Of a stretch of 64,000 nt of DNA, positions 1 to 9,377 are shown piece after piece (the first letter of the stretch is position 1; each line of letters opens with the position of its first letter). Origin of the DNA: an uncultured delta proteobacterium (GTDB lineage Bacteria; Myxococcota; Myxococcia; SLRQ01); assembly GCA_963727485.1 (NCBI GenBank), contig CAVSGM010000002.1, positions 64,001-128,000 of the forward strand. Direction: 5' to 3'. The notes below the pieces were generated by a model. It was not told the DNA's origin, made no database searches, and saw only the letters and a program-made list of their open reading frames with translations. The translations under genes were made by a program, and so were the position numbers.

Positions 1-381
1 CAGGCCATCGAGGCCATCGCCCGCCAGCACCCCCGGGTGACGCCGGTGACCGGGGCCGAGGAGGCCGGCGTCGAGCACCAGGTGGCCACCGACCCCAAGT
101 ACGCCGAGCTCCGCGCCGCCCTCGCCGCCTCCGGGGCCTCGACGGACCAGGTCCACCAGGCGATCTCCGGCGCCTTCTACTACGGGACCGGTCAGCCCCA
201 GGACGTCCAGATGTACCGCTGGTCCCGCCTCCACGACGACGTGGTCCAGGCGGCCCGGACCTTCATGGACAAGCTCGGCCGCGCCGAGAAGGCCCAGGAC
301 GTCCACGTCGACCGCGCGAAGCTCGAGGCAGGCACCGGCCTGGTGAGCCTCGCCGCCGAGCCCCTCACCAACGGGAAGTAG
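1..381 (+). CDS. Hypothetical protein, 5' truncated by the window edge
   Basis: Frame is open from base 1 (QAIEAIARQHPRVTP...) to TAG at 379-381 with GC3-rich codons; no recognisable motif. Confidence 0.7.
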   Translation, partial: QAIEAIARQHPRVTPVTGAEEAGVEHQVATDPKYAELRAALAASGASTDQVHQAISGAFYYGTGQPQDVQMYRWSRLHDDVVQAARTFMDKLGRAEKAQDVHVDRAKLEAGTGLVSLAAEPLTNGK

Positions 382-390
382 GAGGACGCC

Positions 391-2442
391 ATGATCCGCA
401 CCCGCCACGCCCTCGTCGTCCTCGCCCTCCTGGTGCCCCTGGCCCTCCCCATGCGCGCCCAGGCCTTCTCCTGCGCCACCGCCAACGTCCAGTGGGGCGG
501 GAGCGTCCTCGGCGGGGTCGGCCCCAGCGGCCCCAAGCACCTCTACTTCCTCCTCACCTGCGGCCTGAACCCGGACGCGGTGGCGCGCCTGGCCAGGGAG
601 GGCACCGGCGAGGTGTTCAAGCTCCCGGAGAAGGTCGCCACCGAGGCCGACGAGATCACCCCGGTGATGCACCGGGTGGACTACGTGTATCTGCGCGGCG
701 GCGGGCCCGGCAGGCCCATCATCGTGGTGCCCATGACCAACGGCATCACCGGCTTCTTCGTGACCTGCCCCGGCACCTGGACCGGGCAGCGGGCGGCGAC
801 CCTCCAGGCCTGGTACGACCGCCTGCCGTACCCGTATCTGAAGACCGGCTCCAGCCAGTTCGAGGACCTGGTCATCTGCAACGGCAGCGTCCCCCTCGGC
901 GGCTTCTGGGGGCTCATCCAGGGGGGCACCGCGGGCGGGCTCTCCATGCCCACCGGCTACCAGGCCCTCTCGGGCAACGCGGTGGACGAGGCGGGCATCG
1001 CCAATGACGGCAGCGGTGGCTGCGATCCCGACTACGGGACCCTGTGCAGCGAGTCCTGGGGTGCCACCACCCCGGTCCACGAGCTGGCCCACATGAACCA
1101 GTTCGCCCGGGAGTGGATTGTCCCCGCGCTCTTCGTGATGCCCGGGAGCTTCGGGTCCATCTCCTGGCACAACGCCCACGTGCTCTTCATCCCCATCCCC
1201 CTGGTGTTCCAGCACAACCTGGGGTCCACGGGGACCCACGCCTTCGTCAGCAAGTACGCCATGCACCCCTTCGGCCACGACGGCCCCATGGAGGACTACG
1301 CCGAGACCGTCACCGCCGGGGTGCTCGCCAGCTTCGACATGCGGCCGCGGAACACCTCCGACGCCGACGAGGCCGCGTCCCGCGAGCAGATCCAGAAGGC
1401 CTACAACTGGCGGGGGTTCGACCCGCCGCTGAAGATGACCCCGGACACCCTCCACGGCTTCCACCGCCTCTTCCTCGAGAAGGACCCGGTGATGAAGGCC
1501 AAGGCGCGGGCGATCACCGGCCTCTACACCTACAGCGGCTGCGATCCCCAGGACGCCGACGGCGACGGCGACACCTGGTCACCCCTCACCGGCGGCGACT
1601 GCGACGACAGCAACCCCGCGGTTGCCGGCGACTGCCCGCCCATCGACCCCGACGCCGCCAGCCTGCCCATCTGCGCCTGCCCCGCAGGACAGCTGCGCAA
1701 CGACAAGGGGGTCTGCGTGAAGGTCGACACCGTTGACGCCTCGGTCTTCGACTTCGCCGCCCAGGACGCCTCGGGCAAGACCACCGAGCTCTCCGCCGGC
1801 GCCACCGCCTGTCTCGACGTCCCCGCCCAGGGCGTCGTCCCTCCTGGGGCCACGAAGGTCGGGGCCGAGGGCGACTGCACCGCCTGGCGCTTCGGGGCCT
1901 CGGGCTCGGGCGGCGGCGGTGGCGGCTCGACCGCGAAGACCGACCTGGGGACGGTGGCCTTCCAGACGGCCCTCGCCGGCCAGGTGGGCCTCGCCCCGGC
2001 CTCGGGGGGCTGCTACCAGGCGGTCCTGCCCCAGGGCCAGCGCGCCTTCCGCCCGGGGGCGAAGGTCACCGTGAGCGCCACCGGGGGCCACGACTTCCCC
2101 GCCTTCTCCCAGCAGGTCGCCGGGCCGATCGATCTCGGCCTCCGGGTGGGCATCTTCACCCCGGGGCGCGCCCTCGAGCTCGCCTTCAGCGGCGGCCAGG
2201 CGCCCACCCTGGTGGCCCTCTCGGCCGGCGGGTCCTCGGGGGTGGTGACCATCCAGTGCCAGGCGAAGGCCGGCGCCACGGCCCTGAAGGTCCCGGGGAC
2301 CCTCACGGCGAAGCTCGATGGGGCCGCGAGCGGGGTGAGCCTCTCGGTGGCCCGGAGCCGGACGGTCACCGGCCGCACCGCCGACGGCCACCACCTGGTG
2401 AGCCTCTCGGCCACCCGGGGCGTCTCCCGGCAGCTCCCCTAG
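391..2442 (+). CDS. Secreted zincin-like metallopeptidase with a DxDGDG...DCDD metal-binding repeat, a Cys-rich segment and a C-terminal beta domain
   Basis: AGGAGG RBS at 380-385; signal peptide ending AQA; HELAH (HExxH) followed by SKYA...EDYAE; DADGDGDTWSPLTGGDCDDSNPAV. Confidence 0.7.
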   Translation: MIRTRHALVVLALLVPLALPMRAQAFSCATANVQWGGSVLGGVGPSGPKHLYFLLTCGLNPDAVARLAREGTGEVFKLPEKVATEADEITPVMHRVDYVYLRGGGPGRPIIVVPMTNGITGFFVTCPGTWTGQRAATLQAWYDRLPYPYLKTGSSQFEDLVICNGSVPLGGFWGLIQGGTAGGLSMPTGYQALSGNAVDEAGIANDGSGGCDPDYGTLCSESWGATTPVHELAHMNQFAREWIVPALFVMPGSFGSISWHNAHVLFIPIPLVFQHNLGSTGTHAFVSKYAMHPFGHDGPMEDYAETVTAGVLASFDMRPRNTSDADEAASREQIQKAYNWRGFDPPLKMTPDTLHGFHRLFLEKDPVMKAKARAITGLYTYSGCDPQDADGDGDTWSPLTGGDCDDSNPAVAGDCPPIDPDAASLPICACPAGQLRNDKGVCVKVDTVDASVFDFAAQDASGKTTELSAGATACLDVPAQGVVPPGATKVGAEGDCTAWRFGASGSGGGGGGSTAKTDLGTVAFQTALAGQVGLAPASGGCYQAVLPQGQRAFRPGAKVTVSATGGHDFPAFSQQVAGPIDLGLRVGIFTPGRALELAFSGGQAPTLVALSAGGSSGVVTIQCQAKAGATALKVPGTLTAKLDGAASGVSLSVARSRTVTGRTADGHHLVSLSATRGVSRQLP

Positions 2443-2535
2443 GACCTGGAACCGGGGCTGGTACCCAGGGCGCCGGCGCCTACGTTGGGGGCGAGCCCGG
2501 GCATCGCGCCCGGCGCCTCCACGGGGAGTGAGAAG

Positions 2536-2994
2536 ATGCGTCGCCTGATCCGCTGGCCGGTCCTGGCGCTGGTCGCCGCCGGCCTCGTCACCGCCTGCGT
2601 TCCGGTCTACTACGGGCCCGACTGGTCCGTGTACGCCGACGTCCCGCCGCCCGCACCCTACGCCGAGGTGATCCCGCCGGCCCCCGGACCCGACTACCTG
2701 TGGGTCAACGGGTACTGGAACTGGAACGGCGCCACCTACGTCTGGGTCCGCGGCTACTGGGGCCTGCGGCCGTACCCCGGCTACGTGTGGCTCCACAGCG
2801 GCTGGGAGCTGCGCCACAACCGCTACGTCTTCGTGCCCGGCCGATGGGCTCGCCCCGGGCACCCGCGGGTCCGCTATGTCCACCCGATCCCCCGGGTGCA
2901 GCACGGGAACACCTACCGCACCGTGCCCCAGCACCAGGCCCGGCCCGCCCAGCGGTCCCAGCCTCGGGGACACCCGGCGCGCCCGGCCCGGTAG
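2536..2994 (+). CDS. YXWGXW-repeat lipoprotein
   Basis: Lipobox LVTAC; repeats YLWVNGYW, YVWVRGYW, YVWLHSGW, YVFVPGRW; ATG 2536 preferred over the track start at 2485. Confidence 0.8.
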   Translation: MRRLIRWPVLALVAAGLVTACVPVYYGPDWSVYADVPPPAPYAEVIPPAPGPDYLWVNGYWNWNGATYVWVRGYWGLRPYPGYVWLHSGWELRHNRYVFVPGRWARPGHPRVRYVHPIPRVQHGNTYRTVPQHQARPAQRSQPRGHPARPAR

Positions 2995-3067
2995 GGCCGG
3001 CCTCAGGGGAAGCGGCCCCGGGTGACGCCGGGGCCGCGACGCGCGCGTGACGCCGCTCCGGTGGTGC

Positions 3068-4120
3068 TCAGGCGGCGCTGGGCGCGACGACCCGCAGCGG
3101 CTCGCCGTCCCAGCTCACCTCGACCTTGGCGCCGCCGGCGGCCAGCGACCGGTCGGCGGCCTCGAGGATGCGCACCACCGTGAGGCCGTCGTCGCCGCCG
3201 GTCCGCGGGGCGGCGCCGGTCTCGCAGCACTCGACGAAGTGGCGCACCAGCACCCGCAGGGGCTCCTCGTTCTTGAGCATCGGGGTGACGATGTCGCCGT
3301 AGCGGTAGGCGTAGGCGAAGTCGCCGAAGGTGTCGTAGTAGGCCGGCTTCTCGACGCCCCGGTCGTAGATGCGCAGCTTCTCCTGGGGCTCGACGTCGTC
3401 GTAGACGAGCATCTTCTTGTCGCCGACCACCGTGGTGTAGCGCTGCTTGTGGGGGTCGAGCCAGGAGTTGAAGAGGTAGGCGGTGAGGCCGTCCTCGAAC
3501 TCGAGGTAGAGGCTGGCGACGTCCTCGACCTCGGAGACGTGGCCCTTGCCCGACGCCGACACGAAGCGGGGCAGCTTGCCGGTGAGGTGGAGGATGATGG
3601 AGAGGTCGTGGGGGGCGAGGTCCCAGAGGACGTTGATGTCCTTCTGGAAGAGCCCGAGGTTCACCCGCATGGTGCGGATGTACTGGAGGTCGCCGAGCTC
3701 GCCGGTGTCGACCAGCGCCTTCATCTTCTCCACGGCGCTGGTGTAGAGGAAGGTGTGGCCGACCATCAGGACCTTGCCGTGCTCGTCGGCGAGGCGCATC
3801 AGGTCCTCGACCTCCTTCACCGACCGGGCCAGGGGCTTCTCCACGTAGACGTGCTTGCCCGCGGCGAGCGCCTCGCTGGCGAAGCGGTGGTGGGTGGCCA
3901 CCGGGGTGGCGACCATCACCGCGTCGACGTCGGGGCTCTCGATGAGCTCGCGGTAGTTGGTGGTGGTCTTCACCGTCGGGTAGAGGCCGGCGATGTGCTC
4001 GAGGCGCTTCTCGTCGAGGTCGGCCGCCATGGCGAGCTCGGCCCCGCGGAGCTGGAAGACGTTGCGGATGAGGTTCGGGCCCCAGTAGCCGCAGCCGATG
4101 ACACCGACGCGCGTGGTCAT
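3068..4120 (-). CDS. Gfo/Idh/MocA family oxidoreductase (nucleotide-sugar dehydrogenase type)
   Basis: GCGYWG, VEKP, GHTFLY, DLAPHD and SWLDP motifs. Confidence 0.9.
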   Translation of the reverse strand: MTTRVGVIGCGYWGPNLIRNVFQLRGAELAMAADLDEKRLEHIAGLYPTVKTTTNYRELIESPDVDAVMVATPVATHHRFASEALAAGKHVYVEKPLARSVKEVEDLMRLADEHGKVLMVGHTFLYTSAVEKMKALVDTGELGDLQYIRTMRVNLGLFQKDINVLWDLAPHDLSIILHLTGKLPRFVSASGKGHVSEVEDVASLYLEFEDGLTAYLFNSWLDPHKQRYTTVVGDKKMLVYDDVEPQEKLRIYDRGVEKPAYYDTFGDFAYAYRYGDIVTPMLKNEEPLRVLVRHFVECCETGAAPRTGGDDGLTVVRILEAADRSLAAGGAKVEVSWDGEPLRVVAPSAA

Positions 4121-4148
4121 GATCGAATCCTTGGGAGTGGGAGCGGGG

Positions 4149-5588
4149 TCAGTAGGCGCCGTGGCCGGAGAGGACGACGCCCACGGTCTTGAGGGCGATC
4201 TTCACGTCGAGCACCGGGGTCCAGCTCTCGATGTACTCGATGTCGAGCTTGACCATCTCGTCGAAGGACAGCCGGTTGCGGCCGGAGACCTGCCACAGGC
4301 CGGTGATACCCGGCAGCGCCTCGAAGCGGCGGCGGTGCCACTCGCGGTACGCCTCGACCTCGTAGGGGATGGGCGGCCTGGGGCCGATGAGGCTCATCTC
4401 GCCGCGGAGCACGTTGAAGAGCTGGGGCAGCTCGTCGATGGAGAACTTCCGGATGAACTGCCCCAGGCGGAAGATCCGCGGGTCGTCGGTGAGCTTGAAG
4501 GTCTTGGTGCCGTCGGCCTCGACGGTGGCCTCGCGGTTGGCCATCCACTTCTTCACGTACTCGCGGTGGACCGAGTCGTCGCCGCCGACGTGCATGGAGC
4601 GGAACTTGAGGAAGCGGAAGGTCCGGCCGTGGAGGCCGACGCGCTCCTGGCTGAAGAACACCGGGCCCCGGCTGGAGAGCTTGATGCCCAGGGCCGTCGC
4701 CAGCATCAGGGGCGAGGCGAGGAGCAGGAGCACCGAGGCGGCCACCAGGTCGAAGAGGCGCTTGATGACGAAGTTGACCCCGGTGAGGTTCGAGGTCTTC
4801 AGGCCCAAGAGCGGGAGCCCGCCGGCGACGTCGACCCGGACCCGGTCGAGCATCAGCTCGAAGACGTCGGGGACCACCTGGTACTGGCAGCCGAAGCGCA
4901 GGCACTGCTCGGCGACCTCGAGCTGGGCCTCACGGGTGAGCTGGCCGTCGGCGACGATGACCGCGCGGTAGCGTCCCGACTCGAGGAGGGTGGGGAGGTC
5001 GTCGAGTCGACCGACCACCGGCACCGGCCCGTCCCAGCCCCCGGCCTCGCAGGTGTCCACCACGCCCCGCGCCTGGAGCTCGGCCCGGTGGCCGGAGAGC
5101 GCCGACACCAGGTGCCGGGCGATGGGTCCCGTGCCCACCACCAGCGCCGCCCCCTGCACCGGCTCCAGGCGGAGTACCTGGTGCCAGAGGAAGCGCGCCC
5201 CGGCCCGGAACAAGACGGTCCCGGTGAACACCAGGGGGATCATGAGGAGCACCACCGCGCGGCTGTAGGAGAACCCGCGGTAGAAGAAGGTGGCAGCGCC
5301 GAGGATGAGGAAGGTGACCAGGACCGCCCGGGCGAGGCGGAGCAACTCCTCCACCGGGCCGAGGTTCAGGCGGTAGGCCCCGGAGAAGCGGGCGGTGACC
5401 CCCCAGACCACCAGGGCGTAGGGGAGCACCGCGAGGAGGGCGTCCCACGGGGGATGGCCGGGCTTGAAGAGGGTCCCGGGGTTCAGGTCGTAGCGCAGCC
5501 AGGTGGCCGCGAGGAGCCCCGCCACCAGCGCGGCGAGGTCCGCGAGGAGCAGGAGAACCTTGTAGTTGTATGACCTGGTTTCGCTCAT
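4149..5588 (-). CDS. Priming polyprenyl-phosphate hexose-1-phosphate transferase (WcaJ/WbaP family)
   Basis: N-terminal TM helices, CoA-binding-like domain, KRLFD, FLKFRSM, DELPQLFNVLRGEMSLIGPRP, PGITGLWQVSGR; start MSETRS at 5588. Confidence 0.92.
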   Translation of the reverse strand: MSETRSYNYKVLLLLADLAALVAGLLAATWLRYDLNPGTLFKPGHPPWDALLAVLPYALVVWGVTARFSGAYRLNLGPVEELLRLARAVLVTFLILGAATFFYRGFSYSRAVVLLMIPLVFTGTVLFRAGARFLWHQVLRLEPVQGAALVVGTGPIARHLVSALSGHRAELQARGVVDTCEAGGWDGPVPVVGRLDDLPTLLESGRYRAVIVADGQLTREAQLEVAEQCLRFGCQYQVVPDVFELMLDRVRVDVAGGLPLLGLKTSNLTGVNFVIKRLFDLVAASVLLLLASPLMLATALGIKLSSRGPVFFSQERVGLHGRTFRFLKFRSMHVGGDDSVHREYVKKWMANREATVEADGTKTFKLTDDPRIFRLGQFIRKFSIDELPQLFNVLRGEMSLIGPRPPIPYEVEAYREWHRRRFEALPGITGLWQVSGRNRLSFDEMVKLDIEYIESWTPVLDVKIALKTVGVVLSGHGAY

Positions 5589-5795
5589 CGTCCGCCCCTG
5601 CGCACCTGGAACCCTGACATCCGTGTCGTGGTGCGACGGTCTTTGGACGCTCCGTCCGCCCGAAAGGCCAGCCCTCTGCCGCACATTCTCACCTGATTCC
5701 GACCGGTTATGACAGGGCATCCGTCCCGGTGCCGATGGGTCTAGCACAACGCGTCAAACGCGCAAGGGTCGAAGCAACAACCGGGCCACGGCCCC

Positions 5796-7306
5796 TCAGG
5801 TCGCCGGGCGCGCTCCGAAGCCCTGGGCGAGGCGGTCGGCAATGGCGCACATCACCGCGAAGAGGATCGCGAAGCGGCCCGTCACCAGGACCGTCTGGAG
5901 CAGGGAGATGAGCAGCAGGCCGACGATGCCCGAGAGCAGGGTCGCGGCGACCCACGCCTGGGCCGCCGGCCGGTCGCGCAGCGCCGTCAGCAGGAGGCCG
6001 ACCAGGCGCCAGGCGAACCAAGGGCGACGGCGAGCCCGAGGAGGCCGGCCTTCAGCAGGATCGTGAGCGGCAGGTCGTCCACGGCAGGCTCGTAGCCCTC
6101 CACGCGCACCTCCCGACCTCGCCGGGCCTTGGCCCAGGGAATGCGCACCAGCGCGCCGACGCCGTGGCCGATGGTCGGGGCCAGGACCACCGAGTCGAGG
6201 GCCAGCCGGTAGGAGGTCACGCGCCCCTGGAAGGAGCTGTCGAGGCGCGAGGGGGCGACGAGCGAAGAGAAGCGGTCTCGCAGCCGGGAGATGTCGTCGA
6301 CCTTCCGCGCGGCGTGGAGGCTGCCGAGCCCGACGAGCACCGCCACCGCCGCCGCCGCGAGGAGGCCGCCGAAGGCGAGGAGGCGGCCCGGACGAAGCCA
6401 GCCCCGCAGGTCCCGGCGCCAGGCTCCGGCGACGACCGGCGCGGCGAGGCAGGCGAGGGTGGTGGCCACCATGATGCTCCGGGTGAGGGACAGGGCAATG
6501 GCGCCGGCGGAGAGCGTGACCAGCCCCATGGCCAGGATCCGTCGTGGCCAGCTCCGCGCCGCCAGGGCGTAGGCGAAGAGCATCGGTGTGGTCACCACGA
6601 GCAGGTAGTCGTTCTCGAAGTAGATGCGGGACTGCCCCTGCCAGTAGGCCAGGAGCTCGGTGCGCGGCCAGAGCTTGTCCGGCATCAGCGCCAGGGTCAC
6701 CGCCACCACGGTGAACAGGGTCGCGCCGGCCACCAGGACACCCACCGCGATGCGAAGCCGACGCCAGCTACGCAGCTCCAGCCAGGCGACGGGGATCATC
6801 AGGAAGTAGACGACGCTGCGGAGGTCGCGGGCGATGTCCCAGGCGGTGTTTCCCCGCAACACGCCCACCAGGGTCGCGAGCAGGGCGACCGCGAGGGCCA
6901 CCACCAGGACCTCGCCCAGCTTCGGGTGGGTCGTCCCGCGGGCGTGGCGACCGGCGTCCGGCGCCGAGGACAGGCCCAGGAGGCGGGACAGGGTCCAGGC
7001 GACCATGGCGAAGGCGAAGGCGACGTCGACGACGTGGACCGGTAGGCCGTGGACCAGGAAGGTGAAGCTGTCGTTCCCGCTCATCCCGTGAGGGACCACC
7101 GCGGCGGCGGTCCAGGCGACGAGCAGGGCCGTGAAGGGGCGGGCGACGGCTACCACCAGGAGCCCGATCGCCAGTGCCACCCCGAGGACCCGGTGGGCGT
7201 GGCCCCCCAGGGCGAGGACGGTGAGGCCGCTGGCCCCCGCCGCGGCGCCGGCGACCCAGGCCAGGTCGGCAGCCGTACTCAGGGGGCGCGCCGCCGGAGA
7301 CCGCAT
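5796..7306 (-). CDS. O-antigen ligase/polymerase (Wzy_C) family membrane protein, frameshifted near 6021
   Basis: Many TM helices, LSLTRS, S...R...Y, P.IGHGVG, LLKAGLLG; after one missing base near 6021 the hydrophobic tail WFAWRLVGLLL...FAILFAVM continues to TGA at 5796-5798. Confidence 0.75.
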
Positions 7307-8127
7307 CAGCTCGCCGAGTGCGGGTCGTTTGCCACGAGCTCGAGCCCCCCCGTGAGTCCGATGGCCAGGAAGAGACCCAGCACCAGGCCCAGGAGGACGG
7401 CCGCCGCGATGCGAGGCCCCCGCCTCTCCGCCCGGACGTCCGGCCCGGCCACCATGCGCGTCTGCGAGGCACGGGGCGGCAGGTTCCGCTCCTGGTACCC
7501 CTCCAGCCGGCCCTCGACCTCGACGATGAGTCCCCACTTCCCCTTGGGCAGCACGCTGGGGCTGCTCAGGAGCGGCAGGTGGGCCGGCGGTACGTTCGGG
7601 AGCTGCTCGAGGTCCGAGAGGAGCTTCGAATAGCGGGTCGTGGCGGCCTCGTTGGCCGCCTGGACCCTGGCAAAGATGGCCTTCTGGCGGGCGAGGAAGC
7701 CCGACGCCACGGCGCGACCGACGCGGCCCACCTTCGCCGGATCCGGGTCCGAGAGGTCGACCTGGACGAGCTGGGTGCCCGGTACCGCCTTGGCCACGAA
7801 GGCCATGGTCTGGAGCGAGGGGTCCGTGGGGTCCATCCCGGCCACGCTCAGGGCCTGGTCACGGGAGCCCAGGGTCCGGGCCACCGCCTCGGGCGCGGCC
7901 AGGGCGCCCACCGGGGGGATCGACCCGATGAGGAACTGCAGCTGGCCCTGGTAGCGCGTGGGGGTGAGCAGGCTGACCCCACCGGCGACCACGCCACCTG
8001 CGAGCACCAGCGCCAGGCACAGCCGCCGATGCCGCCAGAGGCGGAGCATCACGTTCCCCAGGGACGTCCGGGGCCGGCCATGCGGAGGTGGGGCCTCGGC
8101 GGGCGACGGTTCGGTGGGAGCTGTCAG
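7306..8127 (-). CDS. Wzz/chain-length determinant family protein (possible CTG start at 8127; otherwise GTG/ATG at 8052/8049)
   Basis: LWRHRRL followed by a TM helix, P.RY, periplasmic region and a C-terminal TM helix with GLVLGLFL. Confidence 0.75.
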   Translation of the reverse strand: MTAPTEPSPAEAPPPHGRPRTSLGNVMLRLWRHRRLCLALVLAGGVVAGGVSLLTPTRYQGQLQFLIGSIPPVGALAAPEAVARTLGSRDQALSVAGMDPTDPSLQTMAFVAKAVPGTQLVQVDLSDPDPAKVGRVGRAVASGFLARQKAIFARVQAANEAATTRYSKLLSDLEQLPNVPPAHLPLLSSPSVLPKGKWGLIVEVEGRLEGYQERNLPPRASQTRMVAGPDVRAERRGPRIAAAVLLGLVLGLFLAIGLTGGLELVANDPHSAS

Positions 8128-8155
8128 CGCGGCCTCCTGGATTGGATGGGGCGGG

Positions 8156-8185
8156 AACCTAGCGGTGTGCCCAAAGGGGTGTCAA
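8156..8185 (-). promoter_or_regulatory. Sigma70-type promoter for the wzz-wzy unit
   Basis: TTGACA (8185-8180), 18 nt spacer, TAGGTT (8161-8156); the -35 box contains the stop codon of the upstream glycosyltransferase. Confidence 0.6.
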
Positions 8186-9360
8186 GGCGTCCCCATGCGC
8201 TGGTAGACCTCCAGCAGCCGTTCACCGTCTCGGCTGGCGTTGTAGCGCTCGGCCACGAGGCGTGCGCCCCGGGCGCCCATGGCCCGGCGGCGCTCCGGGG
8301 CCGTCAGGAGCGAGAGCAGCGCCGGTGCCCAGTCCTCTCCGGCCGCGACGCGCCCGGCCGGACCCCCGGGCGCCTCCCCGACGATCCGGGCGAGGGGGGC
8401 GCAGTCCGAGACCACCACGGGCTTGCCCAGGGCCAGGTACTCGAAGAGCTTGTTGGGGTAGGTGGTCTCGGTGTGCTCGGAGCGCCGGTGGGGGATGGTG
8501 CACACCTCGGCGCGCTGGGTCACGGCGCGCAGGGCGGCCTGGTCGAGCCACCCGAGGAGCGAGACCCGGTGGGAGACGCCGAGGGTCTCGGCGAGGCCCT
8601 TCAGCTCGGCCTGGGCGGGGCCCGTGCCCGCGACGACCAGGCGGGCCCCGGGCGCCTCGGCGAGCACACGCGGGAGCGCCTTCACCAGGCGGTCCACGCC
8701 GCGGATCGGGGCCAGCAACCCCGAGTAGAGGATGACCTGGTCGTCCGGATCGATGCCCGGGTAACCCGCCGGAGAGGCCACCGGTCGCCACCGGTCGAGC
8801 GCCGGCGTGTTCCCGATCACCGTGATCCGCTCGGGCCTCACGCCGAGGGCCACCAGGCGGTCGCGCTGCTCGTCGCAGACCACCAGGATCCCGGCGGCGG
8901 CGGCCAGGGCCAGCCGCTCCCAGCGATCGTAGACCCGACCTCGGACCATCAGCCGGTGGAGGGCACCTCGGTCTTCCCAGGTGCGCACCATGGCCGGGTA
9001 GTTCTCGTGCAGATCGAAGATCACCGGCACCCGGCCCAGGGTCAGGGCCACGGCCGTGAGGACGAGCGGCAGGTCGTGGACGTGGATGACGTCGGGCCGG
9101 AACCGCGCCACCTCGGCCGCGATAGCCGCGGTCACCAGGGGGTTGCCGGGCACCGGCGTGGTCAGCTTCCGGGCTGCGCTCCGGGGCAGCGCCGGGACGT
9201 CGAGGGCCGTCACCGGGCAGTCGGGGTACCGGGCGGTGGTCGAGGGATCCCGGGCGCCACGGCAGAGCACCCGGACCTCGTGCCCGGCGGCCAGGAGCGC
9301 GTTGGTGGCCCGGAGCGATCGGCTCTCGAGGTCCTTGGCCAGGAGCATCAGGACACGCAT
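8182..9360 (-). CDS. Glycosyltransferase family 4 (GT-B)
   Basis: DVIHVHDL, FDLHENYP, PNKLFEYLALGKPVVVSD; start MRVLML at 9360. Confidence 0.9.
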   Translation of the reverse strand: MRVLMLLAKDLESRSLRATNALLAAGHEVRVLCRGARDPSTTARYPDCPVTALDVPALPRSAARKLTTPVPGNPLVTAAIAAEVARFRPDVIHVHDLPLVLTAVALTLGRVPVIFDLHENYPAMVRTWEDRGALHRLMVRGRVYDRWERLALAAAAGILVVCDEQRDRLVALGVRPERITVIGNTPALDRWRPVASPAGYPGIDPDDQVILYSGLLAPIRGVDRLVKALPRVLAEAPGARLVVAGTGPAQAELKGLAETLGVSHRVSLLGWLDQAALRAVTQRAEVCTIPHRRSEHTETTYPNKLFEYLALGKPVVVSDCAPLARIVGEAPGGPAGRVAAGEDWAPALLSLLTAPERRRAMGARGARLVAERYNASRDGERLLEVYQRMGTP

Positions 9361-9377
9361 CGACGGGTCTCCGGGAC

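Noticed and set aside
5589..5760. c-di-GMP riboswitch or ops element before the priming transferase
   Set aside because: No recognisable consensus by eye; a covariance-model search would be needed
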